Positions 26,544 to 37,500 of a DNA stretch of 64,000 bases are shown in pieces. A program made the position numbers and the translations under genes. The notes below the pieces were generated by a model, which saw nothing but the letters and a program-made list of their open reading frames with translations, had not been told where the DNA came from and did no database searches. Position 1 is the first letter of the stretch; each line of letters begins with the position of its first letter. This DNA is from an uncultured virus (IMG/VR IMGVR_UViG_3300030104_004354) (taxonomy: Duplodnaviria; Heunggongvirae; Uroviricota; Caudoviricetes), in the IMG/VR virus record IMGVR_UViG_3300030104_004354. One strand, 5' to 3'.

Positions 26544-27776
26544 TTATTGATTGTTTGGTTTTTTAGGCTTTACGGGCGCCCTTATTCCGGTTGCTCTAGC
26601 GCGGGCTCTAGCTGCCGCTGCTTCACCGCTTCTGCCATATTCCTTGGCCTTAAGGTAAGATTTTGCCACTCTACTAAAGTCACCTTTAAGAGCATCATAA
26701 GCTTTTGAGCGTGCTGTGTCTGGTGTAGCAAGACTTGGCCTCTGCGCCCCGGCTCGTGTATCCATGGCTTGTCTTCTACGCTTATTCATTCTTTTTACAT
26801 CACCTTCATCATAGCGATCTCCCCAACAAATACGCTTCAGACCCTCAACAACGGCAGCTTTAACGTCACGCTTAGGAGGCTTGGGCATTTCTGTTTGCTG
26901 ACCTTTAGCTTTCGCTTTTGCCTTAGCTTTCTTAAAAGCCTCAGGGTCATCTTTAATGCTACCCTCTTCCATGGACTTTTTCTTTTTACCTTTCTTAATG
27001 ACACCACGGCCCATAAGAATATCTTTCATTGTGACCTTACCGTCACCGCTTAAATCGGGGAACGATTTTTCGTCCATGCTATCGTCATCTTTCTTTTCAC
27101 CTCTAAGCATCTCGAAGTCTTCGGAATCGATCTTATTGTTTTTGTTCTTATCGAGCTTCTTCTGCTTGCCCTTCAAAGCTTCGCTGATCTTGCTCTCAAG
27201 CATTGTAAGCAGGACTCGATCCTTCTTGTGCTTGGTAACAATCTCTTGAGCACGCTGACTATTTTCACGAATTGATTCAGTAAGCTCAGGGAATGCACCT
27301 CTTGTGGACGGGTCCGACACAAGGTCAAACGTGATAAGCTTAAAGTCTTCGTTGACAATCTTGCCTTTGATGCCTTCCGTGACGCTGCCAACACCACGGC
27401 TGGAAATACCAATTTTCACACCATCATTAATGAGAGCTTCAACAATTTTACCGTTAGGAGTTGAGAGGATTTCGCACTCACCTATGACCGAACCATCTTT
27501 ATCAACGTTTAATCCGGTAATCAGGTGAGAGGCTTGCGAAAGGTGAATAGCATCATTAGCTGGGTGATCAAGAGCCCCAACTAAAGAGCGGTCACCAATC
27601 TTTTCTTGAATAGCTTTAACTTGGCTCTCCAAGATCTTCCTAGGATAGATCCTACCATTGTTGTTCTGTTCGTCGCATTGTTGAAATTTGCCACGCAAAC
27701 GAAGGCGAGTGTTACCCTCTGTACCTTCATTAATAACTTCCACCTTTTCTAAAACATTGCACTCAACGAGTAACAT
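26544..27776 (-). CDS. gp21: Prohead core protease (T4 gp21-like) with long basic C-terminal extension
   Basis: NNNGRIYP, GALDHP, ASHLI, TPNGKI, GISSRGVGS, DLVSDPS. Confidence 0.93.
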   Translation of the reverse strand: MLLVECNVLEKVEVINEGTEGNTRLRLRGKFQQCDEQNNNGRIYPRKILESQVKAIQEKIGDRSLVGALDHPANDAIHLSQASHLITGLNVDKDGSVIGECEILSTPNGKIVEALINDGVKIGISSRGVGSVTEGIKGKIVNEDFKLITFDLVSDPSTRGAFPELTESIRENSQRAQEIVTKHKKDRVLLTMLESKISEALKGKQKKLDKNKNNKIDSEDFEMLRGEKKDDDSMDEKSFPDLSGDGKVTMKDILMGRGVIKKGKKKKSMEEGSIKDDPEAFKKAKAKAKAKGQQTEMPKPPKRDVKAAVVEGLKRICWGDRYDEGDVKRMNKRRRQAMDTRAGAQRPSLATPDTARSKAYDALKGDFSRVAKSYLKAKEYGRSGEAAAARARARATGIRAPVKPKKPNNQ

Positions 27777-27784
27777 AATAAATC

Positions 27785-28183
27785 CTATTTCTGTTTACGT
27801 GACCAGTATTTCTTGCTTTTGAATTTACCGGAACTTTGCTTACCATGCCGAACTAAAGTTCGAACAGCATATTTTTTAACGTCTGCAAATTTGGAGGGAA
27901 TGCTGCCGGGAGAAAAACCTTTAGCAACACGACCTCCAACTTCTTGCTCATCGTCCTTACCCCATTTTCTTTTTGTTATAACGTAAAGACGATCTGAATT
28001 TTTAGTTGAAAAGATTTGACCGACGTATCCGTTTTTTAAAGCTGTCGTAATTGAGTCATAAACTTTAACACGAGACTTGGAGGCCCTAGTTTTAGTGCCT
28101 CCTTTTTTCATCTTGGATCTGCCTTCAGCAGAGCCTTGAGCTTTAGTTGCTCTTGTTTCTTTTATTACGTTTACGAGATCCAT
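27785..28183 (-). CDS. Basic hypothetical protein (head module)
   Basis: Lys/Arg-rich co-oriented ORF with an N-terminal VIKE motif. Confidence 0.65.
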   Translation of the reverse strand: MDLVNVIKETRATKAQGSAEGRSKMKKGGTKTRASKSRVKVYDSITTALKNGYVGQIFSTKNSDRLYVITKRKWGKDDEQEVGGRVAKGFSPGSIPSKFADVKKYAVRTLVRHGKQSSGKFKSKKYWSRKQK

Positions 28184-28550
28184 TTTTCTTTACAGGAGCC
28201 ATGTTAACGCCAATCATGCCAGTGGTAGTCATTTCCTCCATAACATCCCTAGCCTCTTTCAACAACTGCTTGAGACTTTCAACAAGAGTCTCAAGTCTTT
28301 CTTTGAGGATAGTAGCCTCGGTTATAGGCTCAAACTCAGGCATCATTTCCTGCTTCTTATCAGGATCTGAAGACTCGTTCAATGCGTTGCTAAATCCAAC
28401 TACTTGATTAACAAAAGTGTCTGGAACAACAACAGCCTTAAGACCATCATCAACTATTGGATCGGACTGAACTACCACCTCCTTCACGGGAGTTGGATCA
28501 GCTAGAATACCTTCAGATAAGGTTAAAAGATCTTTAGTGCTTGCACTCAT
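28143..28550 (-). CDS. Hypothetical head-module protein
   Basis: Co-oriented ORF with LSE, LNE, ITE and MEE motifs. Confidence 0.6.
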   Translation of the reverse strand: MSASTKDLLTLSEGILADPTPVKEVVVQSDPIVDDGLKAVVVPDTFVNQVVGFSNALNESSDPDKKQEMMPEFEPITEATILKERLETLVESLKQLLKEARDVMEEMTTTGMIGVNMAPVKKNGSRKRNKRNKSN

Positions 28551-28559
28551 CTTTTAGCC

Positions 28560-28928
28560 TCACTTGTCGTCTTCTTTATCTTTTTTGTCCTCTTCCTCGG
28601 TCTTCTTTTCATCCTTCATCATTTTCTTTTTCTTGTCGGCCATTTCATCCTCATCCTCGTCCTCCTCTTCAGCCTCTTCAAGGAACTCACCGTCCTGCTC
28701 AAGGGCTTCATTGATTGTGCCAAGGATAAAATCGACGCACTCTTGCATCGCTTGCTCCGAGATCGGCTCATCTAATTCCGACTCACAAAGCGGGCAGACA
28801 TGGCCTTCCTCGCAAGCTTCTTCGACCACCTCAACCTCTTGAGCCTCATTGATCTCATTGGACTCGACAAGCTGGTTTGCGGCAAGGATCTTGCCGACAT
28901 AATCATCATCAACATTAATGTAACGCAT
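28560..28928 (-). CDS. Acidic CxxC protein, probable prohead core component
   Basis: Very Glu-rich with CPLC. AGGAG Shine-Dalgarno and CTAGATA upstream (28957-28951). Confidence 0.6.
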   Translation of the reverse strand: MRYINVDDDYVGKILAANQLVESNEINEAQEVEVVEEACEEGHVCPLCESELDEPISEQAMQECVDFILGTINEALEQDGEFLEEAEEEDEDEDEMADKKKKMMKDEKKTEEEDKKDKEDDK

Positions 28929-28982
28929 AATAAACTCCTGTACGTATATGTATCTAGTTTTAAGATTATAAAAGTAATAAAA

Positions 28983-31829
28983 TTATATCTTAACTGTGGT
29001 AACTCCTCTTCTGTCTTCAACAGACACAATGGTTTTGGAATCGGATGCAATCAACCTAGAAGTTGTCTCGAAGCCCGATTCAATATTTTGTAAGGTTATG
29101 CCTCCTCTGAATCCGTTAGCTATTTTCAATAGCAGTTCCTCATCAGTATCGTAGAACATCTCGCCAACTTTGGTGATTGGCATTCTACTAAAAACATCAA
29201 ACCAAGTGAATGTATTAGAATTATACGTACCTGAGAGGTAATCAATGACCTCCGATAGCATATAAGCTGTGCCTCGCGGAGTGATTGCAGGGGCTCCAGT
29301 CAAAGAGGTATACTCTCCATTATTGTAAAAAGTATCAGTAAAGCTGGACTCGTTATATTTATATCCAATATTTTGAGTGTTAGACTCTTCCCCAATGCCT
29401 ATCCGATCAACGCCATCCTCTAAATTTAAACTAAAACTTTCAAGTGTAGTGGTCTGATTAGTGTCGATACTAGCATCAGTGACTGGTATTACGGACAGCG
29501 ATCTCACATGAATATCCCCAGTAATATCAAGAGTTGAACCTCCATTGAAAGGATTGAACTTACCGCCAGCAACTGGCGTTACTATAAACCCGAAAGGAAT
29601 ATTTTTAACAAACCTAGAGCCAATGGATGGGAATCCTTTCTTTTCAAATCCAGCCAAATTGAAATCTTTCAAAGAAGCGTTAAGCGAAGATGTGTCTAAT
29701 ATGTATCGATATATAGGATCTCGGTAATCGACACATAGCATGGGTATGCTTAACGCATGGTTGTTAACATAAGTAGCTATGTCAGAGCTATCAGTCACTC
29801 TGGCGTATGTCCCGCTATAGCTTTCAATTAAAGGATTGTCAGTATAATCTCCGTTTACCGAAGTCACATTTAATGCAAAGAATAAAGGATCTGTGCTAGA
29901 GGGGCCTGAATCACCTGAAACAAACTCATGCTGATTTGATAATGAAGATGCCGTAATAGTAAGGGATGAGTCCACATCAAGTAACTCTAGCACTTTCATC
30001 CTTGTCGATGCAGGGGCATAGTAAGAATCTTCAATCAAGTTGTCTGTGAATACAGGAACATCATCACCATCAATGTCTTCTCCACTAATATAGTAACCTC
30101 CACCATCCCCTATGTTGAGCTTAGTGGTAGATCCAAAGATAGGAGATGTTACTTGTGATACAGGCGTTAATCTGTCCACATCAAAGCCATCATTCTCAAT
30201 AACTATATCATTAGATGTCTCATTAAGAAGTTCAACATCTAGCTCCATATCCACATCTTCGTTAAGAGGTCTGACTCTGTTTATTTGAAAATTTCTCCAA
30301 GTAGATCTTTTATTAGTCTGATATGTGTTTAAGCTATTGGTTAAAAATTTAATAGCTAGCCTATCAGAAAGTTCTCCGTCTACAGGTTTCTCCAGAACAT
30401 CGAATTTACTTTCTAGCTGTGCTTGAGCAGAATTTATATAATAATCAGGATCAAATTCGTCTATCGTTCCTTCAAGAATATGTTTCCTAACAACATTTAG
30501 TAAAGTGCTTACTCCGATTGGTTGACCGCCTGGATACCTGAGATACTGAAAAGAGTTTGCTAAAAGAGGGTTCAAACTTATTAAAAGTTTATCGTCAGAC
30601 AAGTTTTGAAGGGTAACCTCATTCCAAGGCATATTAGAATTACCATTGCTTAATATCTCTGATACTTCCTCTGCTACTTCTGTGTTAAATACTTTAAGAT
30701 TACTGCTATTGGAGACCAAGTTTACGCCTAGATTAGGTTCAATCCTAAAGAAGTTTAAATCAGGATCGAATAATACGGGCTTAGAGATACGAGCTTGAAT
30801 GTCTCTAAAATCCTCATTCTCAACTATTTCGTTTGCGGTTATGATGTTACCATTAACAGCTTGTTGGTTAGTGGTTATTTGAGCAGCTTGATTATTCGCA
30901 TTTATGCTTAAAGATGGTGATTGAGGTTCAATTGCCTGCGGAACCCCAGGAACAACCGTATTTGGTTCGTTGGCGACTGAAAAAGGAACAATTACAATCG
31001 GATCTCCAAAGGGCGTGGTAGGCTCAGAAGGCACAGGGGTCTGTGTATTGATTATCTCCGGCGGACATTGAAGATTAGTAAATGTAGGAGATTGACAATT
31101 AGCTTCACACAAGGCTAAACTAGAGAAAGTGCAAGTTGGATCAGGCTCTACAGAACCATTGGGATTCACAATATTTGGACTACAAGCACGACACTCGGTG
31201 AAAACTGTGGTAATAGTAGCCTCGTTTAGAGACAGTCCTTCTTCTCCAGGACAAACACCTAGAGCCACAACCTCACATCTGAAAAACTGATTTCCTCCAG
31301 TTATCGGACCTCTTGAAGCCGGAGTAAGACCTGGGAATCTACCGGGCGGCGCAGGCGTAGTTGGGCGTGAAAATGTAGTTGGAGGAGGGACAACATCTCC
31401 TGGTTCACGAATTCTTTCCTGAGGGTTTAAACAATTAGGCTTGCAATCATCTATGCTTACAAATATACATCCTCGATCTCCAGGCGATGGGTTGTTCTCA
31501 TCACCGATACGAAGACCTGTTCTGGGATCCGTTATGGTATTCTTCAAACCATCACAAGGCATACACTGCCGATAAGGAAGATTAGTAAATCTAAACCCTG
31601 GGTCAGGATCAGGCGCTCCCTGACCAGGACTAATCTCAACGCACTTTACCGCTGGTGGCGGAGGTGGGGAAGTTGGAGGTAAGAATGGAGGCACCGGGAT
31701 CTGTGACGGCTTCGGCACAATAATCGGAGGTGTGACTGTTGGCTCCTGACCACCTCCCCCAGTACCTTGAGTTCCTGGGAAATTCCCTCTGCCACAAGGG
31801 AATACAGTTGGGTCATTAGATACAGGCAT
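28983..31829 (-). CDS. Large virion-associated protein with Pro-rich and Cys-rich N-terminus
   Basis: 948-aa ORF at the end of the tail operon, with poly-Pro tracts and repeated Cys modules. Confidence 0.65.
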   Translation of the reverse strand: MPVSNDPTVFPCGRGNFPGTQGTGGGGQEPTVTPPIIVPKPSQIPVPPFLPPTSPPPPPAVKCVEISPGQGAPDPDPGFRFTNLPYRQCMPCDGLKNTITDPRTGLRIGDENNPSPGDRGCIFVSIDDCKPNCLNPQERIREPGDVVPPPTTFSRPTTPAPPGRFPGLTPASRGPITGGNQFFRCEVVALGVCPGEEGLSLNEATITTVFTECRACSPNIVNPNGSVEPDPTCTFSSLALCEANCQSPTFTNLQCPPEIINTQTPVPSEPTTPFGDPIVIVPFSVANEPNTVVPGVPQAIEPQSPSLSINANNQAAQITTNQQAVNGNIITANEIVENEDFRDIQARISKPVLFDPDLNFFRIEPNLGVNLVSNSSNLKVFNTEVAEEVSEILSNGNSNMPWNEVTLQNLSDDKLLISLNPLLANSFQYLRYPGGQPIGVSTLLNVVRKHILEGTIDEFDPDYYINSAQAQLESKFDVLEKPVDGELSDRLAIKFLTNSLNTYQTNKRSTWRNFQINRVRPLNEDVDMELDVELLNETSNDIVIENDGFDVDRLTPVSQVTSPIFGSTTKLNIGDGGGYYISGEDIDGDDVPVFTDNLIEDSYYAPASTRMKVLELLDVDSSLTITASSLSNQHEFVSGDSGPSSTDPLFFALNVTSVNGDYTDNPLIESYSGTYARVTDSSDIATYVNNHALSIPMLCVDYRDPIYRYILDTSSLNASLKDFNLAGFEKKGFPSIGSRFVKNIPFGFIVTPVAGGKFNPFNGGSTLDITGDIHVRSLSVIPVTDASIDTNQTTTLESFSLNLEDGVDRIGIGEESNTQNIGYKYNESSFTDTFYNNGEYTSLTGAPAITPRGTAYMLSEVIDYLSGTYNSNTFTWFDVFSRMPITKVGEMFYDTDEELLLKIANGFRGGITLQNIESGFETTSRLIASDSKTIVSVEDRRGVTTVKI

Positions 31830-31837
31830 GACTTATA

Positions 31838-34555
31838 TCAAGAGCAAGTAATAGTTGGGTTATTAGTCCTCATCTTAGCGCCGTTTCCTCCTAATGATTC
31901 CGTTAAGAAATCGCCAGCGATTCCAACAACTTCAAACTTAACGGAAGGGTAGAGTAAGGGAATAAGCGGATTAAAGAATGCAGGAGTAGTGACATTATTT
32001 CCGGGTGCTAATCCCGGCTTAATCACTTGCTGACTGAAGAAATCTTCTCTCTGACTTGCATTTCCGTAATTTACCGAGAAGCCAAAAGGTGCATTAATGT
32101 TGCTTCTTGAGAATGGAGATCCTCCTAGTAGGAAAGGCTGAACTTGAGCAAATCCTGCAAATCGCTCAGGGTCATTTCTATTGTTCCAAGGGAATATATC
32201 TCCCGTGGTTTTACCAAGGTGATTGGTTCCTGCCCAAGCAACACAGATGTTGAAGTAATCTTTGAATTTCTCAACCCAAATTTGACAAGAATTTCTGTTA
32301 TTAGTTATACCCTGTCCTTGATTTTCACCACTATTAGGAGGGCTGGTTGGATCGCACAGTGGAGTGCAATTTAAAAAACTGACATTCACGTTGTAATCTT
32401 GAACCCAGGGTGTATTAGTGAGATCCAATTTAATGGTCTTCCTAACAAAGTTAATTTGAACATTTCTTCGATTGATAGAAGCAAGGGCCTCACCAACTAT
32501 AGGCGGTGTTTGATTGCCAAGGATAGCTCCAGGAAGACCAGCAATACCATTAAACGTGTAAACCGCATTGTTGGTTGGACCCCAGTTGAACATTGCGAAT
32601 CTGTCAAATCCACGCTCATTTCTAATTTCTTGAACGGTGCTGGTTTGTCCATTATTGCGATTTTCAATCCACGGAGGCATGTACTTTTGATCTCCATCAG
32701 GACCCGCAGGTTCTACCAATAAACCAGCGCCCATATTAATGTGGTCACAAACATTATTCCCAGTAAAGTTGCCCTTACCATACCACTCAGCCTTATCCCA
32801 ATTAGGCAAGTAAGGAATAGATCCAGCCTTGTAACCAAACTCAGACTCAACTATATCTACAATTTGATTAAACTGAGCGTTTCTTAGACCACCAGCTATG
32901 TTAGACTTGGAGAGCTTCATCAAGGCTCCCTCAGGACCCCAGAAGCCTCCTAGGACTTGACCAGCAGCGATTGGTCTTGCTCCTGAATTCCCTGGGCCTG
33001 CAATCTGACCAACCGCAACATTTGTTTGAGCGAGAGCACCTTCAATCGCACCTACACGATCATTGATATCACCATAAACTTCCTTTCTAACTTTCTCCAA
33101 GTGAGCCTCAGTAACAACTGGGTTAGCTATTGAAACTTGCGGTGTGGCGGCAGCAATGCCAGCGCGCTCATTGTAAGCTAACTCAGTGGTTCTAAAGAAC
33201 GGACGAATATCAATAATATCATCATTATTAATGATATCCGCAATAGGCCCAGTATCGCTTTGAACTCTAACGTAAGCCACAGGTAATATAGATTGACCAA
33301 TTAGTTGAAGTGAGTTAGTTTCTAACTGCTCCGAGAGTGCAGGAGCTAAGTTCATCAAATCATCTGGTGAAGGGAATGAACCCCTAACTACGCCAGCGGA
33401 AGTTGTGAATCCGTTGTTGCTACTGTTCTCATCACCAGGGTGAGCCAGCATAATGGGCGTTCCATCCAAAGTTTGAAGACTAACACGATCATCTGCATTA
33501 TTATTATTGGAGGCTGTTTGCCTAGATACACCTATACCGGCCCCTTTTAGAATACCAAGAGCAGGAGCGGTGAGTGTGGTTGGATTGCCATTTGCGTCGA
33601 ACTTAGGTATTGTAGTGGATTCTTCATCAACTGCCTTTGAATAGATAAACAGCAAATCAATTCTTTGATTAGCATTTAAAGCCTCTCTATTACCGTTAGC
33701 ATCGATGTAGAAGAAATCATCAAGATCAAAATCTGGAACGGTGATTTCTAACTCCTCAGGCACATCTACGATGGAAGTTCTAATTGCTCCGCGCCATCTT
33801 TTAATAAACTCAGATTCAAGCCTACCTTGTTGACCTGCCTGTGGTTCCTCACCCGCCTCGAATACATTTTTGATAAGCACTAAGTCTCGGGTGGTATCTG
33901 GAGTGCTATGCTTCAGCAACGCACCTACGAAATTTGGATATAGAGACCTATCATCAGGAGAAAAGTCAGCATCAAATTGACCATACCCTGGAGTGGTTGT
34001 ACCTGAGACATCAAAGCCCTTAGCCAAGTGAAAGCCATCCTCATCCCAGAAAGGGAAGACAAACGTTCTCTCAGCAAGGCCGTTCATGTTCAAGGCGTCA
34101 CCTAGAAGACCATTTTGAAATTGATTAAGAGCAGCAGCAGCCGCGCCCCCAATATTTGTTTCAACTCTGTAAGTATTTAAATCAGATAATGTCCCGTCAC
34201 TGTTTCTAGTGTTGCTAAAACCAGCAACTTGCTGAACTACCTGTAAAGGAGTTAAGCTGTAGGCATTATTGATCCTGGATGTATACTTACCTGGGTTTAC
34301 CCTAACTTTGCGATCATTACCATTAGCAAAGGGTTTTAACTCAGAAAAGCCTGATCTATCAATTGAAATCTCGGCTTTGTTGTTTGCACGAGTAATTAAA
34401 CCATCAACCTGATCCTTAAGAAAGTTTTGTGACTCTTCAAGCTGTTTAACTGGGATGTTATCAATCTCAAAGTAGTAGGGATCATTAGCCTTAAAATGTC
34501 TAACCGGACTAATAAACGTGTGAGGTGTATCGTAATATCTGATTTCGTTAGGCAT
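31838..34555 (-). CDS. Tail fibre / baseplate-associated structural protein
   Basis: 905 aa. N-terminal FKANDPYYFEIDNIPVKQLEE resembles the N-terminus of the neighbouring 34555 protein. IIDIRPF motif. Confidence 0.6.
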   Translation of the reverse strand: MPNEIRYYDTPHTFISPVRHFKANDPYYFEIDNIPVKQLEESQNFLKDQVDGLITRANNKAEISIDRSGFSELKPFANGNDRKVRVNPGKYTSRINNAYSLTPLQVVQQVAGFSNTRNSDGTLSDLNTYRVETNIGGAAAAALNQFQNGLLGDALNMNGLAERTFVFPFWDEDGFHLAKGFDVSGTTTPGYGQFDADFSPDDRSLYPNFVGALLKHSTPDTTRDLVLIKNVFEAGEEPQAGQQGRLESEFIKRWRGAIRTSIVDVPEELEITVPDFDLDDFFYIDANGNREALNANQRIDLLFIYSKAVDEESTTIPKFDANGNPTTLTAPALGILKGAGIGVSRQTASNNNNADDRVSLQTLDGTPIMLAHPGDENSSNNGFTTSAGVVRGSFPSPDDLMNLAPALSEQLETNSLQLIGQSILPVAYVRVQSDTGPIADIINNDDIIDIRPFFRTTELAYNERAGIAAATPQVSIANPVVTEAHLEKVRKEVYGDINDRVGAIEGALAQTNVAVGQIAGPGNSGARPIAAGQVLGGFWGPEGALMKLSKSNIAGGLRNAQFNQIVDIVESEFGYKAGSIPYLPNWDKAEWYGKGNFTGNNVCDHINMGAGLLVEPAGPDGDQKYMPPWIENRNNGQTSTVQEIRNERGFDRFAMFNWGPTNNAVYTFNGIAGLPGAILGNQTPPIVGEALASINRRNVQINFVRKTIKLDLTNTPWVQDYNVNVSFLNCTPLCDPTSPPNSGENQGQGITNNRNSCQIWVEKFKDYFNICVAWAGTNHLGKTTGDIFPWNNRNDPERFAGFAQVQPFLLGGSPFSRSNINAPFGFSVNYGNASQREDFFSQQVIKPGLAPGNNVTTPAFFNPLIPLLYPSVKFEVVGIAGDFLTESLGGNGAKMRTNNPTITCS

Positions 34556-37500
34556 TAGTTATCCTTCTTAAGATCAAAGTTATTTATAGAAGCAAGGCCA
34601 GTACTGTAAGAATATGAATTGAAGGAATCCCCTCCAAACGCGCTAGTACTATAATAGCCTTCCACAACCTTACCAAGTCCTGACTTGCCAACCATATTGT
34701 GTTTAGCATTTGCGAAAGTGTTTAACGCTGAATCATCCAACATAGCTTTAATACTATCTGAGCCTGCCATCATGGCTGAAGCGTAGTAGAAGCCAGAAGG
34801 TTGAATAATATTATTCTCATCTCTCTTAAGGATTGAGGTGTATTGTGCGGAAGCTATAAAATCATCGCTAGATGAAGCAACCAGATTACCAGAAAAGTTG
34901 TAACCCTGAGCAAAAACTTGTCGAGCAAGGCCCTCAAGTCTAATATCCTCACTTACAACCATAAAATTGGTAACAGGGTCTACAGAGAAGTAAAGTCTAA
35001 AAGCTCCAAAGTTTTCAATCGAGGATGATCCGAAAGGATTTTCATTACTCTTACCGTAGTAGTCTAAGACGGAAAGGCTTGATGTATCGGGAGTGCCCGA
35101 AAAGGCTCCGGATGCTGCCGCATCACCAGTGGCATTATTCCAAACACCTGAAGGCCCATGGTAGCCTGAATCCTTAGGGTGATGTCCGCTTACAGATAAG
35201 TAAGATGCTTTTAATAATGAGTTATCAGCTATGTTCCAAATAAATAGTCTGGTGCAGTTATTTCCAGGTAACGGAGCAGTGCCCTCAAGATCATAAATCT
35301 GTCCTGAGGTGTTGTGCCATGTGGCTGGGAAGTGAACATTGTTAGCTTCAACAACGCTGTTACCAACCGCCCTAACACACATACCTCCAGTGGATATGCC
35401 ATCAATATTATTCGTTTGATTGTGTATTAAATAATAAGGGCTAGGTGCTCCAGCAGCATTAGTTTCAAAAACGTATTTGTTGTCGGCAGTGGTTGGATTA
35501 AAAACAACATCGCCATGGTCAATGAAAGCATTAGGGTAGAATTGAACATACCCAGCACTGGCAAAAGTTTGATAATCTGAATTAGCAAAATCATATGCGG
35601 CTCCAATTGAGTTTCCATATGTGCCATTAGGGTAATTAACTTGGTAATCTCCAACATTCTCCATAAGAATGTTTGAATTTCTATTAGCCACTAAGCAAGA
35701 TCTAGTCGAGTGCAATTCAACCATCGTATGGTTGACTGGATTTGAGAGATCGAAAGAGGATACTAAGAGAGTTCCGTTGTTAGATTGATGAGGGGTAATT
35801 TCAATGGTAGAGTTGTCTTCTGCTAAAACATCAACGCCAAACCTACCAAATGTAGTTGGTCCTTGGATTTTAATGGTAGAACCATTATTTGCATACTTAC
35901 CTGCAACATTAATACTATCATCCCTAGTTTTAGGGCCTAAGAAAATATTAGCATACTGACCCGATCCCCTAACTGTCAGAGTAGAATTGTCCTCCACATG
36001 TGACAGTAAACCATATTGAGCATTAAGAGTCTTACTAGCCCCAGGAACTCTTACCATATGAGCGTGAACAAGGTCTGCGTCAGAGCCACCTTTTAAATGC
36101 ACAGAGGGTAGTAATTCTCCCGTTGTTTGTTCTCTACCAAAGCAACCGCTGGTGTAAAACATGGTAAAGATATCAGGCATTGAGCTTACAAAATAAGGTT
36201 TGATTGTGCTATTGTCACAAACAACGTCTTGACCGTTCAAAATACATCCCACTTGCGATTCTAAAGTAGTTAGAACTGCATCTTTGTCTGAATGTGTTGC
36301 CTTCGCATACAAATCCTTATTGTAAACTAATTCAGAATTTTTAAGATTCAACGCTGTAGATTGATTAAATCTTGAGTTTAACGAATCGGAGTAGATCTTT
36401 GAACCATTGGAATCGAGCCCGATGTAATTGCCGTCAAGATAAAGTCTACCGCTATAATCTAAAGTGCTATTTTTAAGTCTAACGCCAGCCTCTGTGTTCA
36501 ACTCTGAGAACATGCGAGAGGAATCATTTTCTTGAGATCCTCCAAATGTTGGAGAATCACCATTTAGCTCGGTCTTACCTCCATGAACTCGTGAATTAAT
36601 TGCGTCTATACCAATATCATTTCTAGACAAGCAATATAAAGCTTCCATAGACGGAGCAATTATATTTCCGGCGCTTGTATCGTAGCTGCCATAAACTCCA
36701 GAATCTATCGCAGCGGAGGACTGTACAATATCTCTAGCGTAAGTAGATTTAAGATTTAAAGTTGAGTTAACGGCGCGAATACCAGCGCCATACCCACTTA
36801 GGCTTTGATAAGAGTCTCTTTTTTCAGTAAAGGGAATACCTGCCCTACTAGAGGAAATATTAGAATAGTTTCTGTAACCAACAAATCCTCTAAGTAGATT
36901 TACTTCCGAGTTATCAATATGAAGACCCGCTTCGTTACATCTAGAAACGGAACATCTCTCAAGATTAACGGTGGAATTTTTAATTTCAATACCACGGCCT
37001 ATTAAGTTTTCACCGTCAACGTTAAAGTTCCTGATAAACACAGGGCCGTTACAATCATTTACCTTAATAAAGTCTAACTTGTTAAAGTATGCAAAAGCAG
37101 CAGCAGCGGTTTTATTCGCAGCAGTTCCGTTTGGTTGCTCAGTACCATCGCCCCATTTAATTTCGCTTCCAGTTATTTCATTAAGAGTGCTTACATCAAA
37201 TGTTGCATCTGAAGAGGCTTTATCGAAAGGTACAAATTTGAAGTCTTCAACCTCAGACACCGAACCCAAAGTAATATCCCAAGGATCAGTGGTGCTGCTT
37301 AGAGAAGCTGTCAATCTATTTAATTGGGTTGGAACAACTTTCTTGGAGAAAACGTATGGGTTAAATTGACTAAATCGGTCATCTTGCCATTTTTTAGCGC
37401 CGGAAGCCACAAAAGCATTGGTGCTGAATAGCTTTGCCTGCTGCATATCAAAGGCCAGCCCTGGGCCAGATGCTCCCGTGCCTGCTTGCTGTACATCTCG

